A DNA stretch of 64,000 bases, from assembly GCA_045130875.1 (NCBI GenBank), contig JBGUQI010000022.1, positions 22,125 through 86,124 of the forward strand, written 5' to 3'. The translations under genes were made by a program, and so were the position numbers. The notes under the pieces are model-generated. The model was given only the letters and a program-made list of their open reading frames with translations. It was not told the DNA's origin and did not search any database. This DNA comes from Bacilli bacterium (lineage in GTDB: Bacteria > Bacillota_I > Bacilli_A > RFN20 > CAG-826). The stretch's first letter is position 1. The number at the start of each line of letters is the position of its first letter. This document shows positions 1-12,740 of this stretch, piece after piece.

Positions 1-1969
1 TACCTCTAGCGACATTTTCTTCGTTCTTACCTGCAAGTGTGATACTCGCTAGTAACGTGTAAGGTGGGTATGATTGCATACGACGATATTGCATCTCTTT
101 GTTATAGAAGAGTTCATAGTTCTGACGAGCCGCCATAGTGATAGCGTAATTGTTAGGAATGTAGGTTTGAATAATGGCAATGCCTTTCTTATCCTTTCTA
201 CCACTTCTACCAACGGCTTGGGTAATTAGTTGGAAAGCTCTTTCATTACTTCTAAAGCTAGGCATGGATAAACCGATATCCGCTAAAACAACACCCACTA
301 AAGTAACATCTGGGAAGTCATGGCCTTTAGCAATCATCTGAGTTCCCACTAATATATCAGCGCGTTTTTGACGAAAATCTTCAATAATTGTGGGGATTTT
401 TGCACGAATTTTTGCAGAATCGGAATCTAATCTCAATGTTCTAGCTTCTGGGAATAAACGATGAACTTCATCTTCAATACGCTCAGTTCCAAATCCTGTC
501 TTCATAATGTAGTTAGAATCGCATTCAGGACAGGTTTCTGGCATCTTACAGACATAATCGCAATGGTGACATTTAAGCATATTATCTGTCTTATGATAGG
601 TTAACGCGATATCACAGGTTGGGCACTTGAAAATATGCCCACATTTACGACATGAAACAGTTGTAGAAAAGCCTCTTCTATTGATTAAGAGAATGGCTTG
701 TTCTTTCCTCGCTAAAACATTAGCAATTTCCATTCTTAAACGTTTAGAGAAAATATAAGAATCTCTATCGATGTTATGGTAGTCGGCCATATTGACAATT
801 GTGGTTGCCGGTAGCTCTTTGTTGTTCACTCTATTATTTAATAATAAAAGATGATAATTACCTTTTTGAGCTCTCGCTCTACTCTCTAATGATGGAGTGG
901 CACTACCAAGTAACACTTTAGCGTTATGCATCTTTCCTCTCATAATTGCTACTTCTCTAGCGTGATAGAAAGGAACGGTATCTTGCTTATATGATTCGAC
1001 ATGTTCTTCATCAAGAACAATGAGACCGATATTCTTAAGTGGAGCAAATATTGCGCTTCTAGCGCCCACAACAATATGGCAATCACCTTTTGCGATTTTA
1101 CGGTATTCATCATATTTTTCCGCAGGTGTTAATTCACTATGGAGAATAGCGACATCGTTTTTAAATCTCTTTAAAAAGTACTCCATCATCACGGGAGTTA
1201 AAGATATTTCAGGGACGAGCATCAAAACTGATTTGCCTTCTTTTAATACTTGTTCAGAAAGTGTGAGATAGACTTCTGTCTTACCACTACCAGTGACACC
1301 TTCTAAGAGATAGACTTTGTCGTTAGATTCATTGAATTCTCTAATTACTCCTCTTTGTTCATCAGTGAGTTTTGGAGGGGCGACATATTGATAATTGGGA
1401 ATTTTTAATCTTCTCTTTTCAACTTTGACAATCTCCACTCTCTTATAATCGATGAGCTTATTTAAAATAGAGACTGATTTGATATCTTTCTTTAAAACCT
1501 TATCAGTTGAACTGATTAATCTTAATAATTCAATTTGCTTATCAGTTAAACCATTTTCATCTTTATTCACAGCTTTGACATATAAGTCATAAGCAATCTT
1601 CGGTCCCTTTAAAGCAGACTTCCTCGGAGATAAAGATGGAGGAAGCATAGACTGTAAAACACTGATTTTAGGAGCGAGGTAATAATCTGAAACATAGTCA
1701 GATAACTTTAATAAATCCTCACTTAAAAGAGGACTTTCATCTATGACATCGATGATTTCATCGATTTGAAATCCTAATTTGTCTTCTAACTCACCGATTG
1801 TTTTATCGGTTTCATAGCATTTAGTGACATAGCCCACTAAATCACGATGATTAAAAGTTAAGAGCACACGAAAGCCGACATCGACTTCTTTATTACCGGT
1901 ATAAAAGTAAGAAAAAGGACGGTCGAGTGAATAACTAGCATATTCAATTAATACTTCTAAGATTTTCAT
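1..1969 (-). CDS. priA: primosomal protein N' (PriA helicase), C-terminus beyond window edge
   Basis: Open minus-strand frame from ATG at 1969 to position 1. It is absent from the ORF track because it is partial. My translation starts MKILEVLIEYASYSLDRPFSYFY and includes the Cys-rich zinc insert CRKCGHIFKCPTCD..KCHHCDYVCKMPETCPEC and the helicase motif ILVGTQMIAKGHDFPDV. Confidence 0.85.
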   Translation of the reverse strand, partial: MKILEVLIEYASYSLDRPFSYFYTGNKEVDVGFRVLLTFNHRDLVGYVTKCYETDKTIGELEDKLGFQIDEIIDVIDESPLLSEDLLKLSDYVSDYYLAPKISVLQSMLPPSLSPRKSALKGPKIAYDLYVKAVNKDENGLTDKQIELLRLISSTDKVLKKDIKSVSILNKLIDYKRVEIVKVEKRRLKIPNYQYVAPPKLTDEQRGVIREFNESNDKVYLLEGVTGSGKTEVYLTLSEQVLKEGKSVLMLVPEISLTPVMMEYFLKRFKNDVAILHSELTPAEKYDEYRKIAKGDCHIVVGARSAIFAPLKNIGLIVLDEEHVESYKQDTVPFYHAREVAIMRGKMHNAKVLLGSATPSLESRARAQKGNYHLLLLNNRVNNKELPATTIVNMADYHNIDRDSYIFSKRLRMEIANVLARKEQAILLINRRGFSTTVSCRKCGHIFKCPTCDIALTYHKTDNMLKCHHCDYVCKMPETCPECDSNYIMKTGFGTERIEDEVHRLFPEARTLRLDSDSAKIRAKIPTIIEDFRQKRADILVGTQMIAKGHDFPDVTLVGVVLADIGLSMPSFRSNERAFQLITQAVGRSGRKDKKGIAIIQTYIPNNYAITMAARQNYELFYNKEMQYRRMQSYPPYTLLASITLAGKNEENVARG

Positions 1970-1983
1970 TACTCCCCGCCGTC

Positions 1984-2559
1984 TTATCTCTTTTTCATTT
2001 TTGCTTTAATTAAGTCCACTATTTCTTGGGCGGCTCGTGATACCTTATCGTTGACCACCACATGATCATAGTTTTCTGTCATCTTCATTTCCTTAAGACC
2101 TTTTTGCAGTCTTTCTTGAATCACTTCTTCCGATTCAGTTTTTCTTTTGCGGATACGATTTTCTAAAGCTTGGAAAGAAGGAGGCATTAAGAAGAAAGAA
2201 ATCACCCTATCATCTTTCACTGATGACATCACTTGTGATGCACCATTGATTTCAATCTCCAAGAATACATTCTTGCCCTGGTCTCTTAAGGCTTCTACTT
2301 TATCTTTTGGAGTGCCATATTTGTTGCCCACAAAAGAAGCCCATTCTAAGAAATTACCTTTCTTGATGTTCTCTTCAAATTCTTCTTCAGAAACAAAGTA
2401 ATAGTCGACACCATCAACCTCTTTATCACGTGGTTTTCTTGTGGTCATAGAAATAGAGTATGTTAAATCAATGCGATGAGATTTCATAATCTCTTGTCTA
2501 ACACAATTTTTGCCCACTCCAGATGGACCGCTAAGGATGATGAGTAAACCTTTTTTCAT
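1984..2559 (-). CDS. gmk: guanylate kinase
   Basis: 191 aa. P-loop GPSGVGK, TTRKPR..E.DGVDYYF pattern, typical length. Confidence 0.93.
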   Translation of the reverse strand: MKKGLLIILSGPSGVGKNCVRQEIMKSHRIDLTYSISMTTRKPRDKEVDGVDYYFVSEEEFEENIKKGNFLEWASFVGNKYGTPKDKVEALRDQGKNVFLEIEINGASQVMSSVKDDRVISFFLMPPSFQALENRIRKRKTESEEVIQERLQKGLKEMKMTENYDHVVVNDKVSRAAQEIVDLIKAKMKKR

Positions 2560-2603
2560 GTTTCTAATTATAAATATATATTTATAGCAAGGTCAAATAT
2601 TTA

Positions 2604-2612
2604 TGTTAAAAT
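2604..2612 (+). promoter_or_regulatory. extended -10 element (TGtTAAAAT) 6 nt upstream of the ATG; candidate leaderless transcript
   Basis: TG at 2604-2605 and TAAAAT at 2607-2612. The ATG is at 2619 and there is no Shine-Dalgarno in between. Confidence 0.35.
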
Positions 2613-2618
2613 ACTAGT

Positions 2619-3992
2619 ATGTCAGATTTGAAAATCAGTGTTATTGGATTAAGACAAATTGTCTCGGATTTATCGAGTAAAATTTGCTTTAACCACGTGG
2701 CGAATATCACAGTTATTAACTCTCAAGATTTTTTTATTTCTTTTGCTAATTACCGCAAAGAAAAAGTTTTGGTTAGTTTAAATCCACAGCATCCTTTTGT
2801 CTGCTTGATTAAGATTATTGATCCCTGTGGAACACGTGTTGGTCAACTCAGTGATACCTTAAGAAAAGAATTCAAAGATGGCTTTGTGACATCCGTAGAA
2901 TGATTAAACGATGATAGAGTGATAGTTTTTAACTACCACTACACAAATGATTACTATGATAGAGAAGAAAGGCAACTTATTTTAGAGCTCATTCCTCACC
3001 GTCCTAATCTAGTTATTATGAGAAATGAGAAAATCCTATTTGCCAATCACTACACTGATGTCACTAATGAACATCCAATAATCAAAGGTTTTTCCTATAC
3101 ACCACTAGTGAATAACAATGTCGTTATCGAAGAAGAATTCAATCTCGAAGAATTTAAAGAAAAAGCCACTGATTATTATCTAGTAGCCAAGCATCGCCGC
3201 TTAGAAGAACAATTCAAACCTGTTCTACAGCATATCAAATCCAGAATCAAAACCTTAAAGCAAAAGATTAAAGTTCTCAATGGAGAAATAGAAGTCGCTA
3301 AGAACAATCTTTCTTATAAAGAAACAGGTTCCACTATTTTAGCGTATTCTTATGATTTAGAAGGTTTAAAGGAATATGCGAAAGAGAATAATTTGGATTA
3401 TGATTTCTCTCAATCTACAGGTATTAACGCCAACAAGTATTTTACTAAATACAAGAAAGCAAAAAGAACCATAGAGATGGATGAAAAAGAACTCATTAAA
3501 ACACAAGATGAGATTGAAAACTTAGAGAATTATCTTACTACCTCCAAGTATATGAATGAGGAAGACATTAAAGAATTAGCGATCCTCCTATTCCCCAATA
3601 AATTCCGCTTAGGACCAAGACAAAAAGTCGATGCCAAATATGGAGAAATTGCTATTGATAATTACAGGATTTTATATGGCAAAAACGCTAAACAAAATGA
3701 GTTTGTAACATTCAAAAAAGCCAATAAGAAAGATCTCTTCTTCCACATCAAAGATGCTCATGGAAGCCATGTAATTTTACAAGATGATAACCCATCAAAT
3801 GAAAGCAAATTGACCGCCTGTGAAATTGCCCTACTTTTAAGTGGAAAAGAAATGGGTGAAGTTCAATGTACAGAAGTGAAAAACATCAAAAAAGGAAGCT
3901 TTGTCGGCCAGGCCTTATTCATTTCCTATGAAGCATTTGTAATCGGTTCAATTAGACGTCAAACCAAGAAATTACTTGCAAATTCACATTAA
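2619..3992 (+). CDS. NFACT-family RqcH/FbpA-like protein, interrupted by an in-frame TGA at 2901-2903 (pseudogene or recoded)
   Basis: ORFs 2619..2903 and 2919..3992 are in the same frame. The codons between them (LNDDR) continue the homology. The N-terminus matches the NFACT-N pattern (..GFVTSVE*LNDDRVIVF..). The C-terminus has the NFACT-R/DUF814 pattern (YGKNAKQNEFVTF.. DLFFHIKDAHGSHVIL). Confidence 0.75.
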
Positions 3993-4031
3993 TTTTCCAG
4001 TTAATTGACCTTTTCTATTTATTTAATTATT

Positions 4032-4062
4032 CGTAGCGTTACTTGCATCGCTACGTTTTTTT
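4032..4062 (+). terminator. rho-independent terminator
   Basis: Stem cgtagcg/cgctacg followed by a T7 run. Confidence 0.75.
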
Positions 4063-4133
4063 GTATGTTCATATTGGAACATGTATAACAACTTTTATAT
4101 TTATGGATTAATAACCTTCAAATTGTTAAATAA

Positions 4134-4664
4134 TTAAAGATTCTTATTGTCTTTTTCTCTTAACAAAAAGTCTTCACCTTTAATGGCTTCACTTGTAGAA
4201 AGGCCAATAAAGTTTTGTTGTCTTAAAATCTCATAAGCCACTATCGCTACACAGTTAGAAAGATTAAGACTTCTAGCTTCAGGGACCATCGGTAATCTTA
4301 ACAATCTATCAGGGTGTTCTCTTAATATGTCATGAGGAATACCTGTAGATTCTCTACCAAACATCACATAAATGTCTTTAATAGGGTCAGAAAAGTCGAA
4401 AGTGGAATAAACCTTATTGGAATACCTTGTTATGTAATACACGTCTTCATTAGGGTGTTTTTTAGCGAATTCTTCATAATTCTCATAAAAATACATCTTC
4501 AAATCTTCTATGTAATCCATTCCCACTCTTTTGAGATCCTTGGAATCAATAGAAAAAGATAACGGGCCTATAATATGTAGCGTAGCGTGTATTGCTACGC
4601 AAGTACGCATTATATTACCCGTATTCTGTGGTTTTTCTGGACGATATAAAACAATATTAATCAT
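4134..4664 (-). CDS. trmL: tRNA (cytidine/uridine-34 2'-O)-methyltransferase, SpoU/TrmL type
   Basis: 176 aa. N-terminal IVLYRPEKPQNTGNIMRTC and C-terminal LNLSNCVAIVAYE SPOUT-knot motifs. Its start overlaps the ppa stop (TAATG). Confidence 0.8.
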   Translation of the reverse strand: MINIVLYRPEKPQNTGNIMRTCVAIHATLHIIGPLSFSIDSKDLKRVGMDYIEDLKMYFYENYEEFAKKHPNEDVYYITRYSNKVYSTFDFSDPIKDIYVMFGRESTGIPHDILREHPDRLLRLPMVPEARSLNLSNCVAIVAYEILRQQNFIGLSTSEAIKGEDFLLREKDNKNL

Positions 4665-5227
4665 TAATAGCCACGAGCTTTTCTTTCAGCCACGATTTTT
4701 GGTTGAATGAGTCTCTTATATTCTTTGCAGCATTCTTCAATAACTTTGATTGCTTCTTCTCTACCATAGATATCTTCAATCGCGGTATCTTTGTTCTCTA
4801 AAGATTTATAAACTGTGAAGAAGTGTTTGATTTCCACCATCACATGTTCTGGGATTTCATTAATATCTTTAAAGTCTTTATAGAAAGGATCATCTTTACA
4901 AACAGCGATGATTTTTTCATCTGGTAATCCACCATCAGTCATAGTTAATACTCCAATAGGAGTACATCTCACAAATGACATAGGAAGAATGGATTCGCTA
5001 CAAAGCACTAATACATCAAGGGGGTCATAGTCTCTAGCAAAAGTACGAGGAATAAAACCATAGTTTTGAGGATAAATGGTAGATGTATATAAAACACGGT
5101 CTAAAATGAGATGACCAGTTTCTTTATCTAATTCATATTTATTCTTGCTGCCTTTTGAAATCTCAATAAGAGCAATAAAATCTTCAGGTGTTATTCTTGA
5201 TGCTTTTACGTCATGCCATGCGTGCAT
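4664..5227 (-). CDS. ppa: inorganic pyrophosphatase, family I
   Basis: 187 aa. Motifs KYELDKETG, LDRVLYTS..YPQNYGFIP and DPLDVLVL. Confidence 0.9.
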   Translation of the reverse strand: MHAWHDVKASRITPEDFIALIEISKGSKNKYELDKETGHLILDRVLYTSTIYPQNYGFIPRTFARDYDPLDVLVLCSESILPMSFVRCTPIGVLTMTDGGLPDEKIIAVCKDDPFYKDFKDINEIPEHVMVEIKHFFTVYKSLENKDTAIEDIYGREEAIKVIEECCKEYKRLIQPKIVAERKARGY

Positions 5228-5267
5228 ATATAAACCCTCCTAAGCATTATTACTTTATCATAAAATA

Positions 5268-5276
5268 TGATATACT
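5268..5276 (+). promoter_or_regulatory. extended -10 element (TGaTATACT) 6 nt upstream of the ATG; candidate leaderless transcript
   Basis: TATACT at 5271-5276 and ATG at 5283, with no SD between. Confidence 0.35.
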
Positions 5277-5282
5277 CAAACC

Positions 5283-6071
5283 ATGAAAAAAGTTATTCTC
5301 TGTTTATTAACCACGATTTTAGTTCCCGCTTTGAGTGCCTGTCAGGACAAATCTCGTAGTGTTATTTCTATAAACGTGAACAGTAAATACGATAATTACG
5401 TCGAATTAAATATTAATTCTTTAAAGAATTTAATCGAATCTGGACAAGATTTTGTGTTGGAATCATATTCTCCAACATGTGGTCATTGTGAAGACCTTAA
5501 AGAAAAACTAGATAAATATATAGAAAACGAAAAACAAGCCATTTATCGAATCGATTTGTCCGCAATTACACAAGAAGAGATGAATTATCTCGAAAGTACC
5601 TATCCAGATATTTATCCCAACTCATATGTCCCATCGATTAACTTAGTCAAAGATAAAAAGTTAACCTATACAGTGGACCCATATAAATTTGATAACTACA
5701 AAACTGTGGCTAGCAATGTCAAAAATCACTCCATCAAAAGCAATATCACGATTGCTAATTCATATGAAGCGTTTGAAGAATATGTGAACAATCAAGATCA
5801 CTACCTTGCTTTTGCATACGATTTAGAAAATTTCGTCTCTTTAAAGCAAGCAAAAGAACATCTTATTTGTGACAGAATAATAAAAGAAAAGAAGAATGTT
5901 TTGTTGATAAATTATCAACAAATTGGTATTCAGTTTATCGATATCTGTCAATATTTCAATACAGATGATTCTCACTTCGCTTCAGTGGTCGATAAAAATG
6001 AACAAAAGAAAACCATCAACTACTTGGAAGATGATGGTTCTGCTTTAGAAAATTTAGTTTCTATTTATTAG
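5283..6071 (+). CDS. lipoprotein with thioredoxin-like CxxC motif
   Basis: Signal peptide plus lipobox (LSAC). A CGHC motif sits in a thioredoxin-like context (YSPTCGHCEDLK). Confidence 0.6.
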   Translation: MKKVILCLLTTILVPALSACQDKSRSVISINVNSKYDNYVELNINSLKNLIESGQDFVLESYSPTCGHCEDLKEKLDKYIENEKQAIYRIDLSAITQEEMNYLESTYPDIYPNSYVPSINLVKDKKLTYTVDPYKFDNYKTVASNVKNHSIKSNITIANSYEAFEEYVNNQDHYLAFAYDLENFVSLKQAKEHLICDRIIKEKKNVLLINYQQIGIQFIDICQYFNTDDSHFASVVDKNEQKKTINYLEDDGSALENLVSIY

Positions 6072-6468
6072 TTCCAACGTTAATTCTATTAATTGCTCTT
6101 AATAATGAAAGCTTCGCTCTATTGACGTCAATGGCGTCATTTTTTGTTGCTTCGCTTAACCTCTCTTCTGCACGTTTCTTTGCCTCTTGAGCACGGGCAA
6201 CATCAATTTCATCAGCACTTTCAATGGAATCCAAAATTAAGGTGACTTTATCTTTTTCGACATTGATTACTCCGCCACCAACGGCGTAGTTTTCTTTGTG
6301 AGAACCAATTTTTACAGTCATTTTACAAATAGCTACTGTTGATATTAATGGAGTGTGGCCAGGTAGAATACCAAGATTATATTCTTCAGAGCGCACTTCT
6401 AAAAAATCAACGAAGCCTTCGAAGTATCTACCATATGGAGTTAAAACAATTAGTTGGAAGTTCTTCAT
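6061..6468 (-). CDS. atpC: F1 ATP synthase epsilon subunit
   Basis: 135 aa, last gene of the atp operon, typical GILPGH motif. Confidence 0.9.
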   Translation of the reverse strand: MKNFQLIVLTPYGRYFEGFVDFLEVRSEEYNLGILPGHTPLISTVAICKMTVKIGSHKENYAVGGGVINVEKDKVTLILDSIESADEIDVARAQEAKKRAEERLSEATKNDAIDVNRAKLSLLRAINRINVGTNK

Positions 6469-6469
6469 A

Positions 6470-8736
<2,267 letters not shown>

Positions 8737-8739
8737 AAA

Positions 8740-10263
<1,524 letters not shown>

Positions 10264-10791
10264 TTATTTCAAAAGGTCTTTTTTCATCATCTCAAGATGA
10301 TGTTTGATAGAGCCATCATAAATATGGTCATGAACCACAATCTTCACCCCACCGATAAGAGAGGGATCAATGATGTTTTTCAATTCCACTTTATTGTTCT
10401 CTGATTTAGAAATTTTCTCTTCAATTTCGGAAATAACTTTCTCGTCTAATTTCAAGGTGCTATAGATGTACCCTTCACGAATTCCTCGATGTTCATTGCA
10501 GTATGTGTTAAACACATCGAAAACATCGCATATTAAATCAGTACGGTTATTTTCCATGATGACACTGATTAAGGCTTTGATATTCTCATCAACACCCTTC
10601 AGTGTTTTGTTCATAATTTCTTGCCTTTCATGTATAGGTAAGAAAGAACTACCAAGGATCATGACAAAATCCGTATTTTCTTTAAAAATACTTTTTAATT
10701 CTTTAACTTCCTGTTGCCAGGATTCCACTTTATTTAAATCCAAAGCTAAGGAATAAAGAGCTAATGCGTAACGTGAAGAGACGTTTTCCAT
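10264..10791 (-). CDS. atpH: F1 ATP synthase delta (OSCP) subunit
   Basis: 175 aa. Assigned from operon position, with RYALALY at the N-terminus. Confidence 0.85.
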   Translation of the reverse strand: MENVSSRYALALYSLALDLNKVESWQQEVKELKSIFKENTDFVMILGSSFLPIHERQEIMNKTLKGVDENIKALISVIMENNRTDLICDVFDVFNTYCNEHRGIREGYIYSTLKLDEKVISEIEEKISKSENNKVELKNIIDPSLIGGVKIVVHDHIYDGSIKHHLEMMKKDLLK

Positions 10792-10793
10792 AA

Positions 10794-11336
10794 CTATTTG
10801 TCAAGTTCCTCGATAAAGTCGTTAACGATGCGAGCGTTATCTTTCTCATTAATTTCGCGTTTTAAAACTTCTTCAGAAGCCGCTAAAGCGACAGAGACCA
10901 TTTCATTTCTAATCTCTTCTTTGGCTTCTTCTTTAGAACGTTCAATATCCTGTTCCGCTAAAGCTTTCATGCGATTAATCTCAATTTGTGTTTCTTCAAT
11001 AGAAGCTTTTTGATTATCGATAGCCATCGCTTTCGCATTGGCGATAATCTCCGCCGCTTCCTTTTTGGAAGCGATGATTGCTTCTTCCGATTCACTCACA
11101 TTCTTGAGAGCAGTGGCTTTAGCCTGCTCGGCTTCGCGAATACTTTCTTCGACATAATCCGCTCTCTTTTTAAGGATCTTACTCACGGGTTTATAAGCCA
11201 CGAAGAAGAACACTAAAATCAAAATCACGAGTGCGGCGAATTGCACGACGAAAGATGCCCAATTAGGAATTAGGTTTTTATTGATATACTCTTGAATGGT
11301 TTGACCAACATCGTCTAAAACTAATAAATTAGACAT
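10794..11336 (-). CDS. atpF: Fo ATP synthase b subunit
   Basis: 180 aa. One N-terminal TM helix followed by a long charged helix; position fits. Confidence 0.85.
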   Translation of the reverse strand: MSNLLVLDDVGQTIQEYINKNLIPNWASFVVQFAALVILILVFFFVAYKPVSKILKKRADYVEESIREAEQAKATALKNVSESEEAIIASKKEAAEIIANAKAMAIDNQKASIEETQIEINRMKALAEQDIERSKEEAKEEIRNEMVSVALAASEEVLKREINEKDNARIVNDFIEELDK

Positions 11337-11347
11337 TTAGTATCCTC

Positions 11348-11575
11348 CTATTTTGTGAATAACAATAAAATCGCCACTAAAAGGGCATAGATAGCAGTTG
11401 TTTCAACTAAGGAACAGCCTAAGATCATCGTGGTACGAAGATTCTTATAAACTTCGGGATTACGAGCAATTCCATCGATGGCATGTGAAACAACAAAACC
11501 TTCACCAATAGCACTTGGCATAACTGCTAACATGGTGATGGCAATCGCTAAATACTTCATTGCTTCTGCTGACAT
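11348..11575 (-). CDS. atpE: Fo ATP synthase c subunit
   Basis: 75 aa two-helix hairpin with ARNP loop and carboxylate helix (LVETTAIY). Confidence 0.9.
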   Translation of the reverse strand: MSAEAMKYLAIAITMLAVMPSAIGEGFVVSHAIDGIARNPEVYKNLRTTMILGCSLVETTAIYALLVAILLLFTK

Positions 11576-11600
11576 AAATCTTTCTCCTTTCTTATAAAAA

Positions 11601-12341
11601 TTACCCTAATAAATCCTCTGGTGCTTCTTGACCTACATATATTGTTGTAAGTGACAAGAAAACCGTGGTCTGGATGAAGCCCGCCCAGAGGTCGAAATAT
11701 AAATGGAAAATCCAAGTTACTAGTGGAGCGATGAAAACGGTGTTGATCGCTGAGCCATCAGAGAAGGTTACTGTTAAGGCTGAGAAAAGCGAAGCGGAAA
11801 CATTCTCTAAACCATAGTAAATAATGGACATGATAACGAATCCAGAAATGGCATTACCAAAGATACGAAGTGTCAGTGATAATAATGGCGCCCACATAGA
11901 GATGAGGTTGATCGGTAAGAATACTGGAACCGGTTCAATGTATCTCTTGAAGTAACGGAATTTGTTGTATTTTATCGCGGTCGCATGAATCATGATGAAG
12001 GTCGAAAGACCTAGCGAGAGTGGTACGCCCATATATGTGATAGGTGAGGGTAGGCCTGTGAGGCCAAAAATAAAGGCCAGGAACATGTATATGCCTATGA
12101 CCATGATGTACCCGCCAAAGGAACGGAAGTGTTTTCCGAGCATACCTTCTGCGAAGTTTTCAAAGAAATTCACTCCGTATTCCGCGAGCAATAAAATACC
12201 TTTAGGTCTCTTTAAAGGATCTTGTAAGCGAGCTTTGATACCGATGATAATAGCCAAAATAATCATGATTAACATCACGATTAAAGAAGTGAATATATGA
12301 CCAGATAATTCGGTGCCCTTTAGAGCTTCTAGAATGTCCAC
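11601..12341 (-). CDS. atpB: Fo ATP synthase a subunit
   Basis: 246 aa polytopic protein with the conserved LTLRIFGN stator Arg motif. Confidence 0.9.
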   Translation of the reverse strand: MDILEALKGTELSGHIFTSLIVMLIMIILAIIIGIKARLQDPLKRPKGILLLAEYGVNFFENFAEGMLGKHFRSFGGYIMVIGIYMFLAFIFGLTGLPSPITYMGVPLSLGLSTFIMIHATAIKYNKFRYFKRYIEPVPVFLPINLISMWAPLLSLTLRIFGNAISGFVIMSIIYYGLENVSASLFSALTVTFSDGSAINTVFIAPLVTWIFHLYFDLWAGFIQTTVFLSLTTIYVGQEAPEDLLG

Positions 12342-12734
12342 TTACTTTTCCTTTCTTACCAAGACCAAAATCATATTAATTATGATTGGAAGAAGATATC
12401 CTCCAGTCACTGCGAAGATATTGAAGGCTTTAAAACCTTGATTGTAATATAGCCACCCAATAAGGAACAGCATTCCTCCGATGACTAATAATCTCACCGC
12501 GATTAATATCGCCGCGATGATTAATGACTTCTTGGGATCTTCGCTTTTTTCAAATAAACCAATAAAGACATAAATGATGATAGAGACAATCCCTCCAAGA
12601 GCCACTCCCTGAGGAATTTCCATTAAGGAAAAGAAAAAACAGGGAATAAGACCTATGACTATTACGCTTATAGCGATAAGAGACCAGAGGGCAATCTGAT
12701 ACTCAAGTTTTAATTGTCTATACCATTCTCTCAT
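12342..12734 (-). CDS. small 4-TM membrane protein, AtpI-like by position
   Basis: 130 aa, four hydrophobic segments. It abuts the atpB start. Confidence 0.5.
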   Translation of the reverse strand: MREWYRQLKLEYQIALWSLIAISVIVIGLIPCFFFSLMEIPQGVALGGIVSIIIYVFIGLFEKSEDPKKSLIIAAILIAVRLLVIGGMLFLIGWLYYNQGFKAFNIFAVTGGYLLPIIINMILVLVRKEK

Positions 12735-12740
12735 AGGAGA

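Noticed and set aside
2901-2903. Selenocysteine as the explanation for the in-frame TGA.
   Set aside because: No convincing SECIS-like GC-containing hairpin follows the codon. The aligned residue in the two homologs I recall is Gln, not Cys. The protein family is not a selenoprotein family.
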